Made by a program: the position numbers and the translations under genes. The notes beneath the pieces were generated by a model. That model made no database searches. It worked only from the letters and a program-made list of their open reading frames with translations, and was not told the origin of the DNA. A stretch of 63,985 nucleotides of DNA, filler included, from Bradymonadales bacterium (GTDB lineage: Bacteria > Bdellovibrionota > UBA2394), in the NCBI GenBank assembly GCA_007693605.1. It is 4 parts of 4 records of this genome, joined end to end, with 100 filler letters (N's around TTAATTAATTAA, not from the genome) between each part and the next. Parts side by side here need not be neighbours in the genome. Positions count along the whole stretch, not along the records: positions 23,970 to 47,717 come from REDG01000075.1; 3 more parts are not named here. One strand, 5' to 3'. The first letter of the stretch is position 1. Every line of letters begins with the position of its first letter. Of this stretch, positions 30,338 through 38,393 are shown in pieces.

Positions 30338-30441
30338 AAAAATGCAGAAGCCGCTTCAAAGAGCGGCTTCGCGCCCTACTGACGAAACAGTAGGGGTAAT
30401 AAAAACTCTGGTATAGATCTAGTTCAATTCCAGTATACCAG
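30338..30441 (-). ncRNA. Candidate structured leader/ncRNA upstream of the NYN gene
   Basis: Inverted repeats at 30408-30441 (8 bp), 30374-30395 (8 bp) and 30347-30370 (9 bp), followed by TGCATTTTT-ATG. Confidence 0.6.
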
Positions 30442-30553
30442 CAACGGCATAATGAAAGAATACCGCGCCTGTAGAAAAAAACAAATAAAATCAGTTAATT
30501 GCGCGCCATGCCGCCTGCGGTGGGGGGGGCGGCAAAAGAACAAGTCCACATTT

Positions 30554-30824
30554 CTAGTGGTCCAACCGGTAAATTTTTTCCTGTTGTGAATCAAGCTTTT
30601 GCTTCGAATCAAGGCGCGAGGGTGGGATCAGGTTGGGTACCTATGCCATCCCGAGCAACGCTGAGTCGGGGCAAAAGCTTGATTCCCTTCGGGCTGGGCC
30701 CTTTTGAGCCGCTGCGGCGTTGTCGCTCGTTGTATATGTCCAATATGCGTCTCGCTGCCGCCTTGCATCGGCCTCAAACTGGCCTCAGCACAACACGGAA
30801 ACAATTTACCGGTTGGACCACTAG
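30554..30824. mobile_element. 271-bp MITE-like element
   Basis: 22-bp perfect TIR CTAGTGGTCCAACCGGTAAATT, extending imperfectly to ~35 bp; partial copies at 23970-24040 and 10665-10677. Confidence 0.8.
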
Positions 30825-30934
30825 GAGTGTCAGAACTCCGCAGATCCTCTGGGAAGAGACTCTCGGCTTTTGCAGCCAACAGTTCGCAAATTCACCTGCT
30901 TCTTTTGAGCTCTTCTTTTCTAAGCGGGCTTTTG

Positions 30935-30973
30935 CTAGGCTCCTGGAAGGTGTTGGGGTTGTGGTCTTTGGGG
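30935..30973 (+). repeat. 39-bp direct repeat, right copy
   Basis: Identical to 29456-29494. Confidence 0.95.
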
Positions 30974-31768
30974 TGGATGGCATTATTCTGCTTGGGCGAA
31001 GTTGGCGAATTGGCGGGTCCTTCACTCTATATGCCTCGATTGAAGTCCTTTGAAGTGGCCGAGGTCGAGAGGATGGGGCCAGTCTCTCTCGAAGACCTGA
31101 GGGCCGAATTGAAGGAGAGTTTTTTACCAGAGGCCTTTCATCCAGAAATTCTCGATCAGGTTTTGTGGAGTCTTTCGTGGTTGAGCTGGGCAGCGAGGAA
31201 CCCCACTCAAGGCTTTTCAAAAGAGAACTTCCGGTCCCATGCCCTTCGTGTTCTTCGACAGCTCGAAGCGGCTTCTGAAGATTTCTCGGATTCTGAGATG
31301 GGGGCGCTGGGGGAGCTCAGAGTGGCCGCTCATCTTGTGGCTCGTGGCTACTCGCTTCAAGGGATTCGAGAGTCTTATCGAATGAAGATCAGGGGCAAAT
31401 CCGAAGTGGGGGAGTTTGATCTTCTGATCCGAGACCCCGAAGACTCAAAGTTGCTTTGGGCTGTCGAGGTAAAGGCAAGATTGGGCGACCGACATCTTTC
31501 GAATCGAAGTCGAGAGTCTTTGAGAAAATTAAGGAGAGCCCAGAAAGCGAGCGAAGCCGGCCAGCTCGTTCTGGAAGCGGGCAAGGGGCAAGCGCGGATC
31601 TCAAGGCTTTTGGTCTTTAGTCTAGAAGAGCCAAGTCAGAAGATTCAAGAGAGGCATGGAAAGCTTTTTCCTGACATCGACCTGAAGACTTATCCGCCAG
31701 GATTGATGCGTTCAAGCGCTTTCCCCTCTCGAAGGATGGGCCCCTCTGCCTCTAAAGAGACCCGCTGA
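30950..31768 (+). CDS. PD-(D/E)XK nuclease, YraN-like C-terminal domain, with hydrophobic N-terminus
   Basis: GALGELRVAAHL..GY...GEFDLL...AVEVKAR; start uncertain (tracked ORF begins inside the MITE). Confidence 0.65.
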   Translation: MLGLWSLGWMALFCLGEVGELAGPSLYMPRLKSFEVAEVERMGPVSLEDLRAELKESFLPEAFHPEILDQVLWSLSWLSWAARNPTQGFSKENFRSHALRVLRQLEAASEDFSDSEMGALGELRVAAHLVARGYSLQGIRESYRMKIRGKSEVGEFDLLIRDPEDSKLLWAVEVKARLGDRHLSNRSRESLRKLRRAQKASEAGQLVLEAGKGQARISRLLVFSLEEPSQKIQERHGKLFPDIDLKTYPPGLMRSSAFPSRRMGPSASKETR

Positions 31769-31855
31769 GCCGTCTTTGGCGACTCCAGAAATACGGGGAA
31801 AGCCCTTGTCAAAGACCAAGTTCGATTGCACAATCTGGCCCTGGAGGTTTTGGCT

Positions 31856-32281
31856 GTGAATACTCAACTGATTGCAAAATTGAATGAAATTCTAGAGTGG
31901 GAGCTTTCAGGCGTGGCTCGTTATCTGCACTACTCTTTGATGGTGACGGGTCCCAATCGAATTCCCATTGTGAAGTGGTTTCGGGATCAGGCGAGCGAGG
32001 CCTTTGATCACGCCGCCACGATTGGCGAAAAAATTACCGCGCTTGGCGGGCACCCCTCCATCAAAGTGACACAACCCCCCGAGAGAAATGAGCACGGGGT
32101 GATGGCTATTCTGAACGAAAGTTTAGAATATGAGTTAGAGGGTCTAAAAATGTACGAAGCGGTTTTGGCGATGACGGATGGAAACATTGCCCTGGAAGAG
32201 TTGATCCGCGAGCAGATTCGTTTAGAGCAGGAGCATGTTGAAGAGGTTCGAAAAATGCTTGCTCCAGCTTCCAGTCACTAG
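31856..32281 (+). CDS. Ferritin-like/bacterioferritin family protein
   Basis: ELSGVARY, E..HA, E.EG, EQEH diiron pattern; GTG after GGAGG. Confidence 0.88.
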   Translation: MNTQLIAKLNEILEWELSGVARYLHYSLMVTGPNRIPIVKWFRDQASEAFDHAATIGEKITALGGHPSIKVTQPPERNEHGVMAILNESLEYELEGLKMYEAVLAMTDGNIALEELIREQIRLEQEHVEEVRKMLAPASSH

Positions 32282-32405
32282 GATCTGCAGCAGTCGAAAA
32301 CTTCATTTGTCAGACAGAGCCAGTAATCCAACTGCTGAACTGTTTCTGTGTTTGCTGAGGCCAGCTTGAGACGATGCAAAGAGGCAGCGCAGATGCACCT
32401 TATCG

Positions 32406-33014
32406 CTATGGCCTTTGTGCTTCAAAGAGGAGCACCATGGGGGAGGCTGTTAGCTTCGGAAGGCTTCGGTTGTTTTTCTTGCGAGTGATTTTCAAGTCCT
32501 TGGTGTGAAAAGCTTCCAGCGAGTTCGATCGAGAGGCCTCAATATAAGAAGACATGAGGCTAGCTCTCAGCTTCTGCCATCGTTCAAACTCTTCTTGAGA
32601 CTCAATCTCTCCGAGCCAATCGTCAAAAAGCCCTCGTAGAGCGCTTCTTGCACATTTTGTTTGATCTTGGGAGCTCCATAGAACGCTGACCCACTGTTGT
32701 CTTTCGTTCAGGTAGAAGATGATTTGGCTTTGATTCGACTGATAGAAGTAGACGGGTTTAATCGGGCTTCCCATCCAATTGAGCAAGCCTTCAGCTGAGG
32801 CCGCGGTGAGGGGGCCAGATTCCTGGGTAAGATAAGATTCAAAACTGCGCTGCCAATACTCACTTTTTGGGTGTTGGGCTACAAGCCCAGCCCATGAGGG
32901 CAGGGCGAGTATCAATCCAAGAAAGCCTTGAAGGATCGTCGCTCGAAAATGCTCAATTGCCCCCATTGCCTCTTTTATTTTAATGCAATCTTGAAGGCTC
33001 GGAGTGACCGTCAA
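32406..33014 (-). CDS. Hypothetical exported protein
   Basis: Hydrophobic signal-like stretch (LGLILALPSWAG); no recognisable domain. Confidence 0.5.
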   Translation of the reverse strand: MTVTPSLQDCIKIKEAMGAIEHFRATILQGFLGLILALPSWAGLVAQHPKSEYWQRSFESYLTQESGPLTAASAEGLLNWMGSPIKPVYFYQSNQSQIIFYLNERQQWVSVLWSSQDQTKCARSALRGLFDDWLGEIESQEEFERWQKLRASLMSSYIEASRSNSLEAFHTKDLKITRKKNNRSLPKLTASPMVLLFEAQRP

Positions 33015-33024
33015 AACTTTGTCT

Positions 33025-34227
33025 TCAGATCAGGATCCCAGCAATGCAAGCGGTCATATTAGCTGCGAGAGTTCCGCCGAGCATGGCCTTGAATCCGAGT
33101 CTGGCAAGATCTTGACGCCGCTCGGGAACGAGAGCAGAGATTCCTCCGATTTGGATGGCGATCGAGGCAAAGTTAGCGAAACCACAGAGGGCATAAGTGG
33201 CCAGGGTGAAGGAGCGAGGACTGATCGAGTCTCTAAGATCTCGTAAATCCACAAAGGCTAAGAACTCATTCAAAAACATTTTCTTTCCAAGAAGTTGCCC
33301 GACGATGGCTGAGTCTTGTGCGTCCACTCCGATTAGCCAGGCTATAGGAGTAAAGAAAAAGCCTAAGATTCTCTCAAAGCTCAGAGGGGCTCCACCGACC
33401 TGGGGAAAAATCGACAGAGCGCCATTGAGAAGCGCAGCGAGCGCGACAAAGGCAATGAGCATAGCAAGCACATTAAGACCGAGCTTCAAACCCTCCGAGG
33501 CCCCTCGACAAGCTGCATCCAGAATGTTTTTGTCACTTCGCTCCAACTTAATCTGCAGAGAGCCCTTCGAAACAGAAAGCTCCTTTTCGGGAAGAATGAG
33601 CTTTGCAATAAGAAGAGAGGCTGGAGCCGACATCACTGAGGCGGCCAGCAGATGGCCCGCATCTGCTCCAAAGCTCACATAAGCAGCGAGAACGCCACCG
33701 GCGACCGTGGCCATTCCCCCTGTCATCAGGGCGAGAATCTCTGACTGGGTCATGCTGGCAATATAGGGTTTGATCACGAGTGGTGCCTCTGTTTGTCCGA
33801 TAAACACATTGGCACTGGCTGCGAGGGATTCTGTGCCAGACACATTCATGCTTCGGGTCATGACCCACGAAAGGGCCGCGACAATCTTTTGAATGACTCC
33901 TAGATAAAAGAGGATGGCCATCAGAGAACTGATAAAAATAATCGTGGAAAGTACTGAGAAGGCAAAAAAGTGATCCCTAAATGTTGGGCCAAAAGCCATT
34001 TCGGCCCCTGCATCCGAAAACGCCAAAAGGTGGTCAAAAAAAAGCCTCACCCGATCCATGATGAAGAAGCCGACCCTGGTTCGAAGAATGAACAAGCCAA
34101 ATAGAAACTGAAGCCCCAGACCCATCAAGACAACTCGCCAAGGGATGCTTCGTTTTGAGCTCGACAGAAGCCAAGCCAAAGCGAGCATTGTCAAAAGACC
34201 CATTAGACTGGTCAGGCTTTGCCACAC
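33025..34227 (-). CDS. nupC: NupC/CNT family nucleoside transporter
   Basis: ANVFIGQTEAPL, MTGGMATVAG, YALCGFANFASIAIQIGG. Confidence 0.94.
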   Translation of the reverse strand: MWQSLTSLMGLLTMLALAWLLSSSKRSIPWRVVLMGLGLQFLFGLFILRTRVGFFIMDRVRLFFDHLLAFSDAGAEMAFGPTFRDHFFAFSVLSTIIFISSLMAILFYLGVIQKIVAALSWVMTRSMNVSGTESLAASANVFIGQTEAPLVIKPYIASMTQSEILALMTGGMATVAGGVLAAYVSFGADAGHLLAASVMSAPASLLIAKLILPEKELSVSKGSLQIKLERSDKNILDAACRGASEGLKLGLNVLAMLIAFVALAALLNGALSIFPQVGGAPLSFERILGFFFTPIAWLIGVDAQDSAIVGQLLGKKMFLNEFLAFVDLRDLRDSISPRSFTLATYALCGFANFASIAIQIGGISALVPERRQDLARLGFKAMLGGTLAANMTACIAGILI

Positions 34228-34359
34228 GCCTCATCCGCTACAGAAAAATCCCTCGATACGGAAGTAAAAAGCTCGCTCAGGCTTTGAAACAAAGGCTTCT
34301 GTGGGGCTTTGGGCTTTTTTGCCTTTTAAGTCCTGAGTAGAGGGGTTAAAACAGGAATA

Positions 34360-35232
34360 GTGCTCGATCACCGAGGCTTGTTAAGTTTGTCTGATATTCC
34401 AATCACTCAGTTGAGGGACTTCTTTAGGCGTCTTGTCCAAAAGCGCAGAGATTCAGTGACGAGAGCCTCTCGCGTTCAGAGTCCTGTGGGCTGTCTGGCC
34501 TTTTTTGAGAATAGCACCCGCACCTTGACGAGCTTTGAGAAGGCCGGCCTCGATTTGGGTCTTCGCTGGATTCACTTTGATCCCTCCCTCAGCAGTTTGT
34601 CGAAGGGGGAAAGTCTTGAAGAGAGCTTTAAATCCTTGGCCGAGCTCGATCCTTCTTTTTTTGTGGTTCGACACTCGGAGCCGGGTTTTGCCCATTGGGT
34701 TCAACACTGGACCCAGAAACCGGTCTTCAATGCCGGAGACGGGCGACATCAACATCCGACTCAAGCTCTGGGGGACGCTTGGACTCTCTGGAAGCAAGAC
34801 CTGAAGTCAGGCTCTGTCGCCTTTTTTGGCGATGTCGAAAACAGCCGAGTCGCCAGATCGAGTGGCTTTTTGTTTAAAAAATTGGGCTATCGCGTTTCTG
34901 TGGTCAACGACGGTCGACCTCAAACTCTTTTGTTCTCAAAGGCCATGGGATTTCGATTGTTGGCCCGAGACAAATTGCCTTCCCAAAAGATCGTCTTCGT
35001 GCTTCGGGCTCAAAAGGAGCGGGGAGGCCATTCTGCTTTGGGGCCACTCTTGAAAAAAGAACTCGGACGAGGGAGTTATTGGATGCATGCGGGGCCCGTG
35101 ATCGAAAACGAAGATGTGGAATGGGCGCTTTGTCGCTTCGAAGATGAAAACTCTTTGGTGAGACAGCAAGTTCGTGCGTGCTACGAAGTTCGTTATCGAT
35201 TGCTGGCCGACTTGTTCGAGGGGAGCCGATGA
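34360..35232 (+). CDS. pyrB: Aspartate carbamoyltransferase catalytic subunit
   Basis: FFENSTRT, NAGDGRHQHPTQAL, GD...SRVARS. Confidence 0.93.
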   Translation: MLDHRGLLSLSDIPITQLRDFFRRLVQKRRDSVTRASRVQSPVGCLAFFENSTRTLTSFEKAGLDLGLRWIHFDPSLSSLSKGESLEESFKSLAELDPSFFVVRHSEPGFAHWVQHWTQKPVFNAGDGRHQHPTQALGDAWTLWKQDLKSGSVAFFGDVENSRVARSSGFLFKKLGYRVSVVNDGRPQTLLFSKAMGFRLLARDKLPSQKIVFVLRAQKERGGHSALGPLLKKELGRGSYWMHAGPVIENEDVEWALCRFEDENSLVRQQVRACYEVRYRLLADLFEGSR

Positions 35233-36503
35233 GGCGACTTTACAGCAAGAGAGTTTGGAATGAAAGGACAGGCCGATTTGAACCCGGCTTGATTGAGATT
35301 AGAAAGGGTCGAATTGACTCGATTGATTTTGGATCGAAGAGGAGTCTCGCCAAAACAGAAGACCTAGGGGAGTCTTTTGTGGGCCCCAGTGCGATCGATC
35401 TTCATATTCACAGCCGTGGCTTTGACGAAAATCACAAAGAGGATTTTGAAAGCCTCGAGGCCGCAGCCCAGAGAGGGGGGGTCGGCCTGATGGCCTGCAT
35501 GGCGAACACTCAGCCGCGGCTAGACTCCCCCAAAAGAATCTTAGACTTTCTGCGCCTAACAAAGAACCGAAGCATTCGAATGCTGCCCTTTGCAGCCGTG
35601 ACAGAAAAGCTTGAAGGAAAGACTCCTACCGCCTGGAAAGAGCTTTTGAAAATGCCGATTGCAGGCCTGTCTGACGATGGCAAGCCCTTGTGGAATGAGG
35701 AGATCTTCGTGGCGGCCTTAAAGGCGACGAAGGCCGCAGGAAAGCTTTTGTCGCTGCACGAAGAGGATCTTTCTTGTTCGGAAGCCAGTGTGATTCATCT
35801 ATCAGAGGCTTCAATGAGAACGGGGCATAAGGGTTCACCAGAAGAAGCAGAGACTCGAATGGTCGAGAGAGATTTGGCGTGGGCGGCCCGCTTGCGGGCT
35901 CCAATTCATCTCTGCCATCTTTCGAGTGAAAAGACATTGAGTTTGATTCGTCGCTACCAAAAGAAAGGGGTCAAGGTGTCCTCTGAGTTGACGCCGCATC
36001 ATGCTCTTCTTTCAGTAGAGGACTTTCGAGAGCGCGAGCCACTCGAATGGAGTCAGTTTAAGGTTTGCCCTGTGATTCGAGAAAGGTCGGACAGAGAAGC
36101 CCTTTGTCGAGCGGCAAGGTCTGGGCTGATTAGTGTCTTTGCCAGCGATCACGCCCCCCACAGTCGCTTAGAGAAAGATCGTCCGATGGAATCGGCAGCT
36201 CACGGAATTTTGTCGCTAGAGAATCATTTGCCACTTTATGATTTGGTTCGCAGACGATCAAAACTGTCCTGGGGGGACTATTTTCGTTTGAGTGCACAAA
36301 AGCCCGCGGATCTTCTTGGCCTGGGCCAAGAATGGGGGCATCTTAAACCAGGATACTGGGCGAATCTCATTGTCTTTGAGGAGACGAAGCCGCAGGATCT
36401 GGAGTGGGGTCGCTCTAAATCGAGCAACGGACCATGGAAAGGCCTGAAGGCTCAGGTTCGGATGCTGCAACATTGGTCTCAAGGAAGGCAGGTCTATGGC
36501 TAG
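35229..36503 (+). CDS. pyrC: Dihydroorotase
   Basis: DLHIHSR, SDDG, TPHH, SDHAPH; ATG at 35229 overlaps the pyrB stop. Confidence 0.93.
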   Translation: MRRLYSKRVWNERTGRFEPGLIEIRKGRIDSIDFGSKRSLAKTEDLGESFVGPSAIDLHIHSRGFDENHKEDFESLEAAAQRGGVGLMACMANTQPRLDSPKRILDFLRLTKNRSIRMLPFAAVTEKLEGKTPTAWKELLKMPIAGLSDDGKPLWNEEIFVAALKATKAAGKLLSLHEEDLSCSEASVIHLSEASMRTGHKGSPEEAETRMVERDLAWAARLRAPIHLCHLSSEKTLSLIRRYQKKGVKVSSELTPHHALLSVEDFREREPLEWSQFKVCPVIRERSDREALCRAARSGLISVFASDHAPHSRLEKDRPMESAAHGILSLENHLPLYDLVRRRSKLSWGDYFRLSAQKPADLLGLGQEWGHLKPGYWANLIVFEETKPQDLEWGRSKSSNGPWKGLKAQVRMLQHWSQGRQVYG

Positions 36504-37668
36504 GTTGAAAAGCTCCGTCCGAAAACAGAGAGAAGGCAAAGCCCTTTCTGATGAGGGCTTTCTTCTATGCGCTGACGGCAGTGTTTTTCGTGGGCGTGTG
36601 ATGGGGGCGAGAGCCCGCGTAGAGGCCGAGCTCGTCTTTCACACCGGACATACCGGCTATCAAGAAATGCTGACAGACCCTTCCTATTGCAAACAGATTC
36701 TTTGTTTTACAGCCCCTCAGATTGGTAACCAGGGCGTTCATCCTGATGACTGGGAAAGCTCGCGAGCTTGGGCAGAGGGCCTCTTGATTCGAGATCTTTG
36801 TGATGCTCAGTTTCACTGGCGCTACCACGAGAGCCTCGAAAGTTTTTGTAAGACTCAAAATATTGCAGCTCTTGTGGGAGCAGATACCAGACGATTGGTG
36901 AATAAGTTAAGGATCGAGGGAGCCCAGACCGCCTTGTTATGCACCGATGGAAGCTCGGTGGAACAAGTACGAAAGTCGTGGAAGTCTCAAATGCAGATGC
37001 AGGGCCTTTCTCTTGTGAAGGAGGTCAGCACCAAAAAGTCTTATCGCTGGACGATGGGATCTTTCCCCCTTCTTGATCCCCATTGGAAGACTGGGGCATC
37101 GAATCTAAAGCGCTGTGTGGTTCTTGATTTTGGAGTGAAGAGACAGATTTTGCGTTATCTGATCGATGCGGGTTTTGAGGAGCTCTGGGTTTTGCCATGC
37201 TCCTCTAGTTACGAAGAAGTTTTGGCACTCCGTCCGGATGCCATGGTTCTTTCGAATGGGCCTGGGGACCCTTCGGCCGAGCCCGACTTGGTTGAGCTGA
37301 TAGAAAGCTTCATTGGTCTCTTTCCAGTTCTTGGAATCTGTTTTGGCCACCAACTTTTGGCACAAGCCCTCGGGCAGAAAACTTACAAGCTGAAGTATGG
37401 TCATCGGGCTGCGAATCATCCGGTATGGGACACCCGACGACAGCGAGCGGCCATGAGCTCGCAAAATCACGGCTTTGCGGCCGAAGCTTTTGGTGATCCG
37501 AAGATGGCCGAATTGATTCACCTTAACGATCAAAGTCTGGCGGGTTTTGTCGATGCGGACCGGCAAGTCGCTGGATTTCAGTTTCACCCAGAAGCTTCGC
37601 CGGGCCCCCTAGACTGGCGGGACATTTTTTACGAGTTTCGAGAGGGAAGTTTATGGAAGAACTCTTAA
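36496..37668 (+). CDS. carA: Carbamoyl-phosphate synthase small subunit
   Basis: TGYQEMLTDPSY, SNGPGDP, GICFGHQ, QFHPEASPGP. Confidence 0.97.
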   Translation: MARLKSSVRKQREGKALSDEGFLLCADGSVFRGRVMGARARVEAELVFHTGHTGYQEMLTDPSYCKQILCFTAPQIGNQGVHPDDWESSRAWAEGLLIRDLCDAQFHWRYHESLESFCKTQNIAALVGADTRRLVNKLRIEGAQTALLCTDGSSVEQVRKSWKSQMQMQGLSLVKEVSTKKSYRWTMGSFPLLDPHWKTGASNLKRCVVLDFGVKRQILRYLIDAGFEELWVLPCSSSYEEVLALRPDAMVLSNGPGDPSAEPDLVELIESFIGLFPVLGICFGHQLLAQALGQKTYKLKYGHRAANHPVWDTRRQRAAMSSQNHGFAAEAFGDPKMAELIHLNDQSLAGFVDADRQVAGFQFHPEASPGPLDWRDIFYEFREGSLWKNS

Positions 37669-38393
37669 ACTCGTCGGAGCGAAGGGAAGATCTCTGGACG
37701 CAGTCCTTCGAGGGTCTCGTGGATTTTTTCTCTAAGGGAGAGTTCGAGAAGGAACTCATGCGAGCGAAGTCGATTTTTTTCTCAAAGTTGGGTCGAACTT
37801 ATGAGATGGAAGAGTCCTTCTACAACGCGGTCAGCCAGAGTTTTCTGGAATGGTATTTGTTCGACTACTGCTTGGCTGGTCGACAAAAGAGTCCGGCCAT
37901 TCTGTCCTTTAGTTTAGATCGCGGGTCTGAGGCCGAAAGGGGTTGGCTCAAGGCATCGATTTTTCATCACCTGTCTGTGTTTGAGGTGAGAAAGATCCTG
38001 CCCGGAGAGATCGTTTTGCGAGATCTTTTGTTCTCCGTCGAACGAAGGGTTCGGAAGCGAAAAGAGGACGGACTCTTTCAGTCTTGGAGGGCTGAACTTC
38101 ATCAGATCGTTCAGGCTCGTCTTTTTCCTGTCGAGTCGGGCTCCAATCAATACTTTGCGACACATATTTGGTTGCATCCAGAGACGGAGTACAAAAAGTT
38201 GAGGGATCTTTGTCGGCAATATTCTGAGGTATGGGGGCTGCATCGAGAGATGCTTCGCGAACTTTTAGAGTGTCTCATTCGTAGCTACGACTTGTCAGAC
38301 CAGTTGGCCGTGCTTCGTTCTCAAAACTGGTTGTATCGAGATTTTTACAAAAAGTATCTGAAGGGGGAGGCGACCGATGCCACGCAGAAATGA
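37653..38393 (+). CDS. Hypothetical protein between carA and carB
   Basis: 246-aa ORF overlapping both neighbours; FLEWYLFDY motif. Confidence 0.75.
   Translation: MEELLNSSERREDLWTQSFEGLVDFFSKGEFEKELMRAKSIFFSKLGRTYEMEESFYNAVSQSFLEWYLFDYCLAGRQKSPAILSFSLDRGSEAERGWLKASIFHHLSVFEVRKILPGEIVLRDLLFSVERRVRKRKEDGLFQSWRAELHQIVQARLFPVESGSNQYFATHIWLHPETEYKKLRDLCRQYSEVWGLHREMLRELLECLIRSYDLSDQLAVLRSQNWLYRDFYKKYLKGEATDATQK

Noticed and set aside
30424..31220. Several overlapping ORFs (62-184 aa) and the N-terminal extension of ORF 30704
   Set aside because: They derive from the MITE and neighbouring repeat sequence, or are antisense to the nuclease gene
34360..36503. Divergent PyrB and PyrC as possible pseudo-enzymes
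   Set aside because: Key motifs (STRT, HPTQ, HxH, DHAPH) are retained
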